Under the pieces are notes generated by a model, which made no database searches, was not told where the DNA came from, and saw nothing but the letters and a program-made list of their open reading frames with translations. A stretch of 64,000 bases of DNA, from positions 13,527 to 77,526 of the forward strand of contig CAZQIG010000001.1 of assembly GCA_964593055.1 (NCBI GenBank), in the 5' to 3' direction. Both the position numbers and the translations under genes were made by a program. Every line of letters begins with the position of its first letter. Positions within the stretch are counted from its first letter, which is position 1. Origin of the DNA: an uncultured Erysipelotrichia bacterium (lineage in GTDB: Bacteria > Bacillota_I > Bacilli_A > JBKEDG01). Of the stretch, positions 41,922-52,585 are shown one piece after another.

Positions 41922-43659
41922 TCATATCCTCCTTAGAATAAATCTCTTTTTTCAAAATGCCTATATACTTTAAATTACGATACTTTTCTTGATAATCAAG
42001 GCCAAACCCGATAACAAAGTCATTTCCTATTGTAAATCCCACATAATCAACAATCACTTCAGTCACTCGATTCCCCGGTTTATCTAATAATGTAATAATT
42101 TTAACGCTTTTTGCCCCACGATCTTCTAACAATTTTTTTACAGTAGCTAATGTTGTTCCTGTATCAACAACATCTTCAACTATTAAAATATCTTTACCTT
42201 GTACAGAAACATCTATATCTTTTAAGATTTTTACTTCACCAGTACTTTGAGCAGTTCCATGATAACTTGAAACATCCATAAATTCTGTTACCGCATAAAG
42301 GTCTACTTCATTCATCAAATGCGCTAAAAATGGAATTGATCCTTTCAAAAGCCCTAACAAAATCAAGTTTTCGCTATCCGCATAATCCTCATTGATAACT
42401 CTACCTAATTGTTTTGTGCGTTCTATGATTTCTTCATACGTAATTAAAACTTTCTCTACATCATTTATCATATAATCATTTCCTCCATAAGCATATAAGT
42501 ATTTTAACATAATAATGTTTGTGTTGCACACCTCAAAACCTTTTTTTTGATAACCTAATCCTATTACTGCTATAATTTCACCTGTTTCATCAACAATAAC
42601 TGGCCAGCTAGAACGATAACGTTTTCTTAGCTTACGATCGATAAAACATCTTGAAACTCTTTTATGTCCAAAAGAAAGTAAAATCTTATCTCCCTCTCGA
42701 TAGTTACGTACTCGATATCCGTGAAAATTTCCTAAATAAAATTTTGCAAATGGTAATTCTAAAATCTCGTTTTTACGAACGATAAAATCGTATTCTCTAA
42801 TATATTCTTCTTCAAAAACTAGCTGATTATCTTCTAAATAAACGAAAAAATTTTTACTGATTTGTAACCTTTCACTAGGACTTTTCCAAAATTCTACAAT
42901 TCTTTTTACCGTACCACTTAAATCTAAAGCAATTTCTAATTTACGCAAAACTTCTTCAATCGCAAATATTAATTCAATCTCTTTAATATCAGTTAAATTT
43001 ATCGTCTGTCCATTTACTATATAAGACATTGCTTTTTCATGTAAATACTCTGATATTAATAATTGTGTTTCATAAAACTTACGTATGCTATCATAACTAT
43101 CTAAATCTAGTTGTGCAGTTAAATAACGTATTTTATTACGTCGATATTTACAATCAATATTTGATGAATCTTCTAGAAAAGGTACAGCATGAATCTTAGC
43201 ATATGTATAAATTTCCTTTTTACTCCAAAAAATTAAGGGCCTAGAAATATGCATTCCAAAGTTATACATTTCTGCTTTAAATCCATAATAAGTAGAAATA
43301 GTTCCACCATAAAACATCTTAGAAAGAATCGTTTCTACAACATCTTGTAAATGGTGCCCTAAAAATAATTGTTTTGCTCCAACACGCTCATAAATTTCAC
43401 GATAACAATTATATCTAAATAACCGTGCTGCATTTTGAAAATTACCCTTATGATAATAAAAATCAAACTTATGAAAATAAAAATTGTTTTTTTGACAATA
43501 TTCTTTTAAAAGTCGCTCCTCATCAAAACTTGCCTCTCTTTGATGATGATTAATATGCACAACGTGTATCTCACTATAAACAAGCGAAAGTTGATGCAAT
43601 GTCACCATTGAATCAACACCGTAACTAACACCAACAATAACCGGACTATTCTTCATCAT
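41914..43659 (-). CDS. tilS: Bifunctional tRNA(Ile)-lysidine synthetase / hypoxanthine phosphoribosyltransferase (TilS-Hpt fusion)
   Basis: The N-terminal PP-loop is SYGVDS. The C-terminal roughly 180 aa is a 6-oxopurine PRTase (ILIVEDVVDTGTTL). The whole is a single uninterrupted 581-aa frame. Confidence 0.85.
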   Translation of the reverse strand: MMKNSPVIVGVSYGVDSMVTLHQLSLVYSEIHVVHINHHQREASFDEERLLKEYCQKNNFYFHKFDFYYHKGNFQNAARLFRYNCYREIYERVGAKQLFLGHHLQDVVETILSKMFYGGTISTYYGFKAEMYNFGMHISRPLIFWSKKEIYTYAKIHAVPFLEDSSNIDCKYRRNKIRYLTAQLDLDSYDSIRKFYETQLLISEYLHEKAMSYIVNGQTINLTDIKEIELIFAIEEVLRKLEIALDLSGTVKRIVEFWKSPSERLQISKNFFVYLEDNQLVFEEEYIREYDFIVRKNEILELPFAKFYLGNFHGYRVRNYREGDKILLSFGHKRVSRCFIDRKLRKRYRSSWPVIVDETGEIIAVIGLGYQKKGFEVCNTNIIMLKYLYAYGGNDYMINDVEKVLITYEEIIERTKQLGRVINEDYADSENLILLGLLKGSIPFLAHLMNEVDLYAVTEFMDVSSYHGTAQSTGEVKILKDIDVSVQGKDILIVEDVVDTGTTLATVKKLLEDRGAKSVKIITLLDKPGNRVTEVIVDYVGFTIGNDFVIGFGLDYQEKYRNLKYIGILKKEIYSKEDMNG

Positions 43660-43927
43660 CTACAATACTGATAATATGACTATCACCCTCGCTAAAAAGA
43701 AAATTCTCTTTAGCATACATTTTTAAATATTCAGGATCATCAGTTAGTCCTAATTCTCTCTCTAAATTTTCTTGCTCAAGCAATAAAGTTTGATATTCCA
43801 CTTCTAGTTGCTTCTGTTCATTTTGCAATTGTAATAGCTTGATTACAGATTTTGAGAAATCGTATAATACGACTGTAAACACTATTACTACTAATACTTT
43901 TAAAAAAGCACGTACAATTTTTTTCAT
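43646..43927 (-). CDS. divIC: Septum formation initiator (DivIC/FtsB family)
   Basis: A 93-aa protein with an N-terminal TM segment and a coiled coil (LQLQNEQKQLEVEYQTLLLEQENLERELG). Its position is syntenic with yabO and tilS. Confidence 0.7.
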   Translation of the reverse strand: MKKIVRAFLKVLVVIVFTVVLYDFSKSVIKLLQLQNEQKQLEVEYQTLLLEQENLERELGLTDDPEYLKMYAKENFLFSEGDSHIISIVDDEE

Positions 43928-44166
43928 ACTATCACCTTATACATCTCATGTGTATCTTCTTTATTACAATGTTCTAATATTTTCAAAACCTCAAATTGTA
44001 AATCACGATTACCAAAGTGAACGATAATAATATCACCAATTGTAACCGTCGTTGAACTTTTAGCAAAACGTCCATTAATTTCAACACGCTTATTACTAAC
44101 CATCTCTTTGGCTACTGTTCTTCTTTTAACAATTCTTGCCACTTTTAAATATTTATCTAATCTCAT
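43924..44166 (-). CDS. S4-domain RNA-binding protein (YabO/Hsp15-like)
   Basis: It starts [21 protein letters not shown], an S4 fold, and is 80 aa long. Confidence 0.7.
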   Translation of the reverse strand: MRLDKYLKVARIVKRRTVAKEMVSNKRVEINGRFAKSSTTVTIGDIIIVHFGNRDLQFEVLKILEHCNKEDTHEMYKVIV

Positions 44167-46118
44167 AACTCAGCCTCCAATTCGAAAATAGCATCACGAT
44201 ATTTTGTCGCAGCTTCAAAATCTAATTCTTTTGCAGCTTCATGCATTAGCTTAGTTAAATCTTCAATTTGTTCACGAACTTGTGTTTTAGATAACTTTTT
44301 AGAAGTTACTTCTTCATATGTGATTTGCACATCTTCAAGTATTTCTTTTACAATCGTTTTTGGAGTAATACCATGTTCTTCATTATAAGTAATTTGTATA
44401 CTTCGACGCCTAGCAGTTTCATCAATTGCATACTGCATAGAACGAGTCACTTTATCAGCATATAGATAAACACATCCATTAGCATTACGAGCTGCTCGTC
44501 CGATTGTCTGAATCAAACTCTTTTCGTTACGTAAAAAACCTTCTTTATCAGCATCTAAAATAAAAATAGTACTAACTTCTGGAATATCAAGACCTTCACG
44601 TAAAAGATTAATCCCTACTACACAATCAAATTTGCCTTGACGTAAATCACGAATAATTGCCAATCTTTCTAAAGATTTTATTTCAGAATGTAAATAAGCA
44701 ACCTTAATACCAATTTCTTTTAAATAGTTAGTTAAATCCTCACTCATTTTAATAGTTAATGTCGTGATTAAAGCGCGCTCATTTTTAGCAATGACTTTTT
44801 GTAATTTACTAATAATATCATCAATTTGATTCGTTTTACTACAAACTTCTATGACAGGATCTAAAAGACCAGTTGGTCGAATGATTTGCTCGACAATCAT
44901 TTTTGATGATTTTTCAATTTCATACTCTGCGGGTGTAGCACTTACATAAATAACTTGATCTAACTTTTCATTAAATTCATCAAAATTTAACGGTCTATTG
45001 TCAAGTGCACTAGGTAAACGAAAACCATGATCTACTAGCGCCTGTTTACGGCTTCTATCCCCATTAAACATCCCTCTTACTTGTGGTAATGTTGCATGTG
45101 ACTCATCAACAACAAGTAAAAAATCTTTCTTGAAAAAATCGATTAAAGTTGAAGGAGTAGAACCATACTCACGTAAAGCCATATGCAATGAATAATTTTC
45201 TATACCACTACAAAATCCCGTTTCTCTAATCATATCTATATCAAGGTTTGTACGTTCTTTTAACCTTTGTGCTTCTAAAAGCATTTTATTTTCTTCAAAA
45301 TAAGCTATACGCTTTTCTAATTCTCTATTAATACGGATTAAAGCTTCTTCACGTTTATCAGCATCAACAATAAAATGTGAAGCAGGAAAGATTGTAATTA
45401 CACGATGCTTTTGCAACAATTTTCCCGTTAAAGTATCTATCTCATTAATCGCGTCAATCTCATCACCAAATAATTCAATTCGTAAAGCAATATCACTATA
45501 ACTATTAGGAATAATATCAATACTATCTCCTCGTACTCTAAAAGTACCACGTACAAACTCATAATCATTTCTATCATAAAGTAATTCTACTAATCTTCTA
45601 ATTAGAGTTTCACGTTCAATTGTTTGACCTTCCCTAATTGTAAAGCGATATTTTTGATAACTATCTGGATCTCCAATACTGTAAATACAAGATACTGATG
45701 CTACAACAATAGTTTGCCTACTACTTAAAATGGCTGCTGTTGCACTATGTCTTAATTGATCTATTTCATCATTTATCGATGATGTTTTATCAATATATAA
45801 ATCTTTAGAAGCGACATATGCTTCTGGTTGATAATAGTCATAATAAGAAATAAAAAACTCAACATTATTATTTGGGAAAAGCTGTTTAAACTCACTATAT
45901 AACTGTCCTGCTAAAGTTTTATTATGTGCAAGTACTAAGACAGGCTTATTAACTTGCTCAATTACATTTGAAATAGTATATGTTTTACCTGTTCCTGTTG
46001 CTCCTAATAAAACTTGATGTTTAACACCATTTTTTATATTTTCAACTAACTGATTAATAGCTTGTGGTTGATCACCACTAGGTGTATAATCAGAAACTAA
46101 CTTAAAAGCCTCTTCCAC
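44163..46118 (-). CDS. uvrB: Excinuclease ABC subunit B
   Basis: It has the helicase motifs GATGTGKT and DESH, and a C-terminal UVR domain. Confidence 0.95.
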   Translation of the reverse strand: MEEAFKLVSDYTPSGDQPQAINQLVENIKNGVKHQVLLGATGTGKTYTISNVIEQVNKPVLVLAHNKTLAGQLYSEFKQLFPNNNVEFFISYYDYYQPEAYVASKDLYIDKTSSINDEIDQLRHSATAAILSSRQTIVVASVSCIYSIGDPDSYQKYRFTIREGQTIERETLIRRLVELLYDRNDYEFVRGTFRVRGDSIDIIPNSYSDIALRIELFGDEIDAINEIDTLTGKLLQKHRVITIFPASHFIVDADKREEALIRINRELEKRIAYFEENKMLLEAQRLKERTNLDIDMIRETGFCSGIENYSLHMALREYGSTPSTLIDFFKKDFLLVVDESHATLPQVRGMFNGDRSRKQALVDHGFRLPSALDNRPLNFDEFNEKLDQVIYVSATPAEYEIEKSSKMIVEQIIRPTGLLDPVIEVCSKTNQIDDIISKLQKVIAKNERALITTLTIKMSEDLTNYLKEIGIKVAYLHSEIKSLERLAIIRDLRQGKFDCVVGINLLREGLDIPEVSTIFILDADKEGFLRNEKSLIQTIGRAARNANGCVYLYADKVTRSMQYAIDETARRRSIQITYNEEHGITPKTIVKEILEDVQITYEEVTSKKLSKTQVREQIEDLTKLMHEAAKELDFEAATKYRDAIFELEAEL

Positions 46119-47294
46119 TTAAAACCACGATCCTAAAGCAGGGAAAGAAATTAAGTTACGCGGATTAAAAGCACGTGCCGTATAATGAGAATAACTAGCT
46201 CCATAATCAATCCAACGCCAACCAGAAGTAATCGTAAAATGCAAATGTGGCCCTGTAGAGTTTCCAGTAGTTCCAATCTTACCAATAACTGTTTCTCTAT
46301 CAACAACATCACCCTTATTAACCGTATGTGCACTCAAATGCAGATACGCCGTAGTATAACGCTTCCCATTAACAGTATGGTGAATAAAAACTGCATTACC
46401 AATTGAAGGATCATTGTAATACTTCTTATAGACAACACCAGTAGCTGCTGCATAAATATTTGTCCCTGTTGGTGCTGCTACATCAATTCCATCATGCAAT
46501 CTTGGAATACCAAAAATCGGATGAATACGATAGCCAAATTCACTTGTCATACGACCAGTACGCATCGGATTACTAAATCCATTTCCACTAGGTGGACGAT
46601 TAATTCTTTCAACACAAGCATCTAATTCTTCATTAGCTCGACATCCCATATCTTCTAAAGTCTTAATATTTTCTCTAGCTGCTGCAATTTGAGTATCAAT
46701 ACTTTCATTTTCCACATTAAAATCTTTTAAATCTTTATTTAATTTAATAATTGCATCATTTAAAGTTTTTTGTAATTCTTGTGACTGAACTACTTCTTGT
46801 TCTAGAGCATTCTTTTTAGAAGCTAGTTGCTGTTGTAACACGAGCATTTCATCGATACGCTCTTTGTTATAACTTGATAACTGCGAAGAAAGTTCACCTT
46901 TATGCTGTGTTTCTGAAAAGGTAGTTTGTCCCGTCAAAAAACTTGCAGCTTCATTTTCAATCGTATTCATTTGATAATAAACTAAAATGTTTTTTATTTC
47001 TTCATCTCTTAATTCTATTTCACCATTTAAAAACTCAATTTCTTCCATTGTCTTAGCAATATTTTTCTGCAATCTTAAAATCTTTTTACCAGTTTCAGCA
47101 ATCAAGTTTTCTGTTGCCGTAATTTCTTCAGCTGTTAAGGAAATCTCTTGTCCAACATTTGCTTTTTGTCTTTCTAATTCCGCCAATTCCTTTTTCAAAT
47201 CATTTATTGTTTCGCCATGAACAACCATCGTACTATTAAAAAGAGTAACTATTATTGAAAAAGCAAACAACAAGCTAAATATTTTTTTTGACAT
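46119..47294 (-). CDS. Coiled-coil M23 (LytM) peptidoglycan hydrolase, EnvC/PcsB-like
   Basis: It has a signal/TM segment, a long coiled-coil region, and a C-terminal M23 domain (HDGIDVAAPTGT...GPHLHF). It lies directly downstream of ftsE-ftsX. Confidence 0.8.
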   Translation of the reverse strand: MSKKIFSLLFAFSIIVTLFNSTMVVHGETINDLKKELAELERQKANVGQEISLTAEEITATENLIAETGKKILRLQKNIAKTMEEIEFLNGEIELRDEEIKNILVYYQMNTIENEAASFLTGQTTFSETQHKGELSSQLSSYNKERIDEMLVLQQQLASKKNALEQEVVQSQELQKTLNDAIIKLNKDLKDFNVENESIDTQIAAARENIKTLEDMGCRANEELDACVERINRPPSGNGFSNPMRTGRMTSEFGYRIHPIFGIPRLHDGIDVAAPTGTNIYAAATGVVYKKYYNDPSIGNAVFIHHTVNGKRYTTAYLHLSAHTVNKGDVVDRETVIGKIGTTGNSTGPHLHFTITSGWRWIDYGASYSHYTARAFNPRNLISFPALGSWF

Positions 47295-47297
47295 ATA

Positions 47298-48209
47298 CTA
47301 CCTCCCTAAAAACTTTCTAACACTTAGCGCACTACCAAAAACACCAACAACAACACCAATAATACCAAGTAGACCACTAATATAATAAACAATCCTATCA
47401 GGTTCAATAAGTTCTACGAAAGGTGTTGTTTCAATTATCATAGTAAACTCATCGTATAAATATTGATATCCAAAAATTATTAATACAACTGGAATTAGTG
47501 AACCAAAAATTCCAATTAAAATACCTTCATAAATATATGGCATACGAATATGATAATTACTAGCTCCTACTAAACGCATAATATCGATGCGTTCTTTTCT
47601 AGAAAAAATAGTAATTCTTATCGTATTAGAAATAATAAAAATTGTTACTAAAACTAATGCTAAAATCATCCCAACTATCAAATAACGCACTTTTTCAAAA
47701 ACATCAATAATTGTTTTTGTCATCTCTTCACCTGCATTAATTTTATAAAAATAGTTAGTCTTTTCCAATTCTTTAGCAAACTTTTCATTTTTGGCAGGAT
47801 CTTTCGTCTTTATATACAAAGTATCATATAAAGGATTTTCTCCATCATCGTAGTTTTCTGTTACTTTTTCTAGTTCTGGTGATTCAGAAATTAAAATTTC
47901 TAACTCTTCATCTTTTGTTCGATACACTACTTGATTAACTATTTTATCACTTTTCAAATCTTCTATTAAATTTGTCTTATCTTCTTCACTTACTTCTCGA
48001 TTTAAGTAAGCAATAATTGTTATATCTTCTTCAACATTCAACGTAAACTCTTGCATATTTACACCTAAAATAGCTGAAACTCCAACAACAATCAAAGTAA
48101 CATTAATAGCTGCCAAAGCACTAATGCTCAAAGCTAAATTTCTAAAGAAACTTTTAAATGCATCTCGCCAATGACGGATAATTCCAACTAAAAATTTAAT
48201 TATGATCAT
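47298..48209 (-). CDS. ftsX: Cell division ABC transporter permease-like protein FtsX
   Basis: It has four TM segments and a large extracellular loop. IRHWRDAFKSFFRN aligns with the conserved FtsX N-terminus. The start is ambiguous: M at 48233 or 48209. Confidence 0.85.
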   Translation of the reverse strand: MIIIKFLVGIIRHWRDAFKSFFRNLALSISALAAINVTLIVVGVSAILGVNMQEFTLNVEEDITIIAYLNREVSEEDKTNLIEDLKSDKIVNQVVYRTKDEELEILISESPELEKVTENYDDGENPLYDTLYIKTKDPAKNEKFAKELEKTNYFYKINAGEEMTKTIIDVFEKVRYLIVGMILALVLVTIFIISNTIRITIFSRKERIDIMRLVGASNYHIRMPYIYEGILIGIFGSLIPVVLIIFGYQYLYDEFTMIIETTPFVELIEPDRIVYYISGLLGIIGVVVGVFGSALSVRKFLGR

Positions 48210-48894
48210 AGTGATATTCACCCATTTCTTCATCTTTAATTACATTTCCATATTCGATTGCAATAACACGGTGTCTAAATTTATTAACAATTTCTTTATC
48301 ATGTGTTGCCATAATAACTGTTGTTCCCCCAGCATTAACTTTTTCTAACAAATACATTATTTCTTCTGATGTTTTAGGATCGAGATTACCTGTTGGTTCA
48401 TCACAAATTAAAACTTTTGGTTTATTTATCAAAGCTCTAGCAATAGCTACCCGCTGCTGTTCTCCACCACTTAATTGGTTTGGATAGTAACGATACTTAT
48501 CTTTTAAATTAACTAAATCTAACATCTCAAAAACTTTCTTACGTATATTTAAACGATTCATGCCAAAAGTTTCTAAAACAAATGAAATATTTTCAAAAAT
48601 TGTATTTTTATACAACAACTTAAAATCTTGAAAAACAACTCCTTGTTTACGACGCAATTTATACACATTGCGTTTTCGATATTTTTTTGTACTTTTATTA
48701 TCAACGAAAACATCCCCAACACTCGGTAAAATATCACGATAAATTAATTTTAGAAAAGTCGATTTACCAGCACCACTAGGTCCAATTAAGTAAACAAATT
48801 CTCCTTGTTCAATTTTAGTATTAGTATTATTCATTGCCATTACACCATTTGAATATTCTTTATATACTCCTTTAAACTCTATCATTATAATCAC
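48196..48894 (-). CDS. ftsE: Cell division ATP-binding protein FtsE
   Basis: The Walker A (GPSGAGKST) and signature (LSGGEQQR) motifs are present. Confidence 0.9.
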   Translation of the reverse strand: MIIMIEFKGVYKEYSNGVMAMNNTNTKIEQGEFVYLIGPSGAGKSTFLKLIYRDILPSVGDVFVDNKSTKKYRKRNVYKLRRKQGVVFQDFKLLYKNTIFENISFVLETFGMNRLNIRKKVFEMLDLVNLKDKYRYYPNQLSGGEQQRVAIARALINKPKVLICDEPTGNLDPKTSEEIMYLLEKVNAGGTTVIMATHDKEIVNKFRHRVIAIEYGNVIKDEEMGEYHYDHN

Positions 48895-49997
48895 CTAACA
48901 TTTCCATTTCAAATTTTAAAAATTCTTTAATAAAAGCATCTATCTTACCATCAAGAATTTCACCAACATTACTCGTTTCATAATTTGTACGATGATCTTT
49001 CACCATTGTGTATGGTGAGAAAACATATGATCTAATTTGTGCTCCCCACCCAATATCGCTTTTAACACCTCTTAATTTAGCTAACTCTTCACGACGCTTT
49101 TGCTCTTCTAAAATTGCTAATTTACTAGCCAACATCTTCATTGCTGTTTCACGATTACTAATCTGACTACGCTCATTTTGACAACTAACAACAATATTAG
49201 TTGGTAAGTGAGTAATTCTTACCGCAGAATCAGTTGTATTAACACTCTGTCCTCCAGCACCACCACTTCGATAAGTTTCTACTTTAATACTATTCTTATC
49301 AATTTCAATAGCCTTACCCTCACTAACAATAGGCACTACACTAATAGATGCAAACGATGTATGCCTTTTCTTAGCTGCATCAAACGGTGAAATCCTAATT
49401 AATCGATGAACACCAATTTCACCCTTTAAATATCCAAAAGCATTTTCACCATCAATTTCTATAGAAACCGATTTAATACCTGCCATATCTCCTTGATTAA
49501 AACTTAAAGTCTTAATCTTAAAATCATGAATTTTAGCCCATCTTTGATACATACGCAAAAGCATCTCTGTCCAATCTTGTGATTCAACTCCACCTGCTCC
49601 AGCATTTATTTCTAAAATAGCACTATTTCGATCATACTTACCATTTAAAAGTAGTTCATTTTCAATTCTTTCACGTAAATTCTCATACTTAGCAAATAAA
49701 TCATAAAATTCATCTGCCATTTCACGATCGTATTCCAATTCTAAAATCTCTATAATAGCATCAATATCATCAGAAATTGCCTTCATTTCTAAATACAAGT
49801 TATATCGTTGATTTAAACTACTCTGCTCAGCAATAACATTGTTAGCATATGACTTATCATCCCAAAAATCTGCGCGTGCCATTTCTTCTTCATTTTTTTT
49901 CAAATGTGCTTTTAAAGTAGCAACGTCAAAGCAACTCCTTTAACTGTTCAAAATATGCGCGTACTTGCTTATTCTTTTCTTTTAAATCATACTCCAT
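48872..49997 (-). CDS. prfB: Peptide chain release factor 2, with programmed +1 ribosomal frameshift
   Basis: ORF0 runs ATG(49997)..MEYDLKEKNKQVRAYFEQLKELL and ends at the shifty CUU UGA C site (minus strand, plus coordinates 49925..49931), which is preceded by an internal AAGGAG. The +1 frame then continues DVATLKAHLKKNEEEMARADFW... through the SPF and GGQ motifs to 48872. The ORF track shows only the downstream part. Confidence 0.85.
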
Positions 49998-49998
49998 T

Positions 49999-52485
49999 TC
50001 AATTTCTCCCACAACAATGTTTATATTTTTTACCACTACCACAAGGACAAGGCTCATTTGGACGAATTTTTTTTGTTTTTATAGTAGGACGCCTCTTCTG
50101 CTCCTTAGCTGCATTGCGCACTGCATTTCCTTTAATAACTTCCTTACGTTCTTCATTAATTTTTATTTTTGAACGTAACGCAAATTGTACAATATCTCTT
50201 TCAATGTTATAAATCATTTCATCAAACATTTTAAGACCTTCCATCGTATATGCTCTTAAAGGATTTTCCTGTGCATACCCACGCATGCCAACTCCTTCTT
50301 TTAAATGTGCCATAGCATCAATATGACTCATCCATCTAGTATCAATAACGCGTAGTGCAATTACTTTTTCAAATTCTTTACGTGCTTCTTCATCTACAAT
50401 ACCAAGTTTTTCTTCATATAAATGACATAACCTACGCGTAACATCTTGTTTTAAATCTTCTATGGAATCATAGCTATTTAAAGTAATATTAGTTGAATCA
50501 TCAGTATAATGAGCATTAATATACTCAACTATATCTTGATGTACTTCTTGACTGTATGCTCTTTCTTGAATACGGTCATCTAAAATAACTTCTACACCAC
50601 GTTCTATTAGCTCCATCATAGTTTGATGATAATCTTCAACATCTAAAATATCATTACGCATTTTATACATAACTTCACGTTGTTTGCCCATAACATCATC
50701 ATATTGTAAAAGCCTTTTACGAATATCATAATTATTTCCTTCAATTCTTTTTTGTGCTCCTTCAAAAGCTTTTGTAAACATACGTGATTGTAAAGGCTCA
50801 TCTGAACTAATTCGCTTTTGCATATTACTCATTCCAAAACGAATCATCAAAGTATCTTCAAATGAAACATAAAATTGGGAAGTACCTGGATCTCCTTGAC
50901 GACCACTACGTCCGCGCAACTGATTATCTATACGGCGTGATTCATGTCTTTCAGTTCCGATAACATATAGTCCTCCTAGTTCAACTACTCCCTCACCTAA
51001 TTTAATATCTGTTCCTCGACCCGCCATATTAGTAGCAATTGTAACTGCATACTTTTGACCAGCATTTTTTATAATATCTGCTTCACGAAAATGATTTTTA
51101 GCATTTAGTACTTCATGTTTTATTTTACTTTTAGTAAATAACTTTGATAAATACTCACTTGTCTCAACAGCTACTGTACCTACTAAAACAGGTTGCCCTT
51201 TTTCATTTAATTCTTTTACTTTGGCCGTAATAGCTTTAAATTTATCATCTAGTTTACCATAAATAATATCGGTATTATCATTTCTAATCACTGCTACGTT
51301 AGTTGGAATAACTACAACATACATATTATATATTTCACGAAACTCTTCTTCTTCTGTTTTGGCTGTACCTGTCATACCAGATAATTTTTTATACATTCTA
51401 AATAAATTTTGATATGTAATCGTTGCAACAGTACTCGTTTCTTCTTTAACTTTCAGTCCTTCTTTAGCTTCCAAAGCTTGATGCAATCCATCACTATAAG
51501 CACGGCCAGGCATCATACGTCCCGTAAATTGGTCAACTATTACTACTTCACCTTCGTGAACAACATAATCAACTTCTTTTTCTAATGTATAATTAGCTTT
51601 AAGAGCTTGGGCTATTGCATGCACTAGCTGCGCATGTTGTAAATCGTATAAATTATCAATATTAAATGATTTCTCAGCTTTAGATATTCCTGCTTGTGTT
51701 AATCCAATAACTCTTGTTTTAACATCAAAATCATAATCTTCTTCTGTAATACTTCTAGCAAAATTATTCGTAACTTCATATAAATTTTGCGCTCTACTTT
51801 TTCCCCCAGAAATAATCAATGGTGTTCTTGCTTCATCGATAAGTGCAGAATCTATTTCATCGATAATAGCGTAATTCAACCCTCGCTGCATAACTCTTTG
51901 TGTTTTATAAAGTACCATATTATCACGTAAATAATCAAAACCAATTTCACTATTTGTCGAATAAACAATATCACAGTCATAAACTTCTCTTTTTTGATTT
52001 TTATTTAAATCACGCAAATTAAGTCCAACACTTAGCCCTAAAAAACGGAAAATATCTCCGATTTCTCCTTCAGCTTCACGTGTTGCCAAATATTCATTAA
52101 CCGTTACAATATGCACACCTTTATTCTCTAAAGAATTCAAATAAGCAGGTAGCACCGAAGTTAAAGTCTTTCCTTCCCCCGTACGCATCTCTGCAATATT
52201 TCCACGATGTAAAACAACAGCTCCAACTAATTGTACAAAGTAAGGATATTTATCACTAACACGTTTACTGGCTTCACGAGCCGTAGCATAAGCAGCTACT
52301 AAAACATCATCAAGTGTTTCTCCATTCTCTAAGCGTGTTTTTAATATTGGTGTCATTTCTTGTAACTCTTCATCACTCATCACTTGATATTCTTCTGCAA
52401 GTGCATCAATTTCTTTTGCAATTTTAATTGCCGTATTATATTCTTTATTTGAAATATCAAATATTTCTTTAATTTTTTTTAGCAT
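49999..52485 (-). CDS. secA: Preprotein translocase ATPase SecA
   Basis: It has the DEAD-like motor domain and a C-terminal Zn finger (CPCGSGKKYKHCCG). The start was set at MLKKIKEIF (the longest ORF starts at 52506). Confidence 0.95.
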   Translation of the reverse strand: MLKKIKEIFDISNKEYNTAIKIAKEIDALAEEYQVMSDEELQEMTPILKTRLENGETLDDVLVAAYATAREASKRVSDKYPYFVQLVGAVVLHRGNIAEMRTGEGKTLTSVLPAYLNSLENKGVHIVTVNEYLATREAEGEIGDIFRFLGLSVGLNLRDLNKNQKREVYDCDIVYSTNSEIGFDYLRDNMVLYKTQRVMQRGLNYAIIDEIDSALIDEARTPLIISGGKSRAQNLYEVTNNFARSITEEDYDFDVKTRVIGLTQAGISKAEKSFNIDNLYDLQHAQLVHAIAQALKANYTLEKEVDYVVHEGEVVIVDQFTGRMMPGRAYSDGLHQALEAKEGLKVKEETSTVATITYQNLFRMYKKLSGMTGTAKTEEEEFREIYNMYVVVIPTNVAVIRNDNTDIIYGKLDDKFKAITAKVKELNEKGQPVLVGTVAVETSEYLSKLFTKSKIKHEVLNAKNHFREADIIKNAGQKYAVTIATNMAGRGTDIKLGEGVVELGGLYVIGTERHESRRIDNQLRGRSGRQGDPGTSQFYVSFEDTLMIRFGMSNMQKRISSDEPLQSRMFTKAFEGAQKRIEGNNYDIRKRLLQYDDVMGKQREVMYKMRNDILDVEDYHQTMMELIERGVEVILDDRIQERAYSQEVHQDIVEYINAHYTDDSTNITLNSYDSIEDLKQDVTRRLCHLYEEKLGIVDEEARKEFEKVIALRVIDTRWMSHIDAMAHLKEGVGMRGYAQENPLRAYTMEGLKMFDEMIYNIERDIVQFALRSKIKINEERKEVIKGNAVRNAAKEQKRRPTIKTKKIRPNEPCPCGSGKKYKHCCGRN

Positions 52486-52554
52486 ATTTCCCTCCCACGC
52501 ATACACATAAATTATAACACATTTATGTAGTTATTTAAAATCTATAGTTGATAA

Positions 52555-52585
52555 TAACAAAAAAACTAGTCTCCTAGTTTTTCTA
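52555..52585 (-). terminator. Intrinsic terminator after thiD
   Basis: The hairpin AACTAG-TCTC-CTAGTT is flanked by an A-run on plus and a U-run on minus. Confidence 0.5.

Noticed and set aside
44163-46118. Whether uvrA should be adjacent to uvrB.
   Set aside because: uvrA is not next to uvrB here. It is flanked instead by yabO and an M23 peptidase. Separated uvrA/uvrB occurs in many genomes, so this is not treated as an anomaly.
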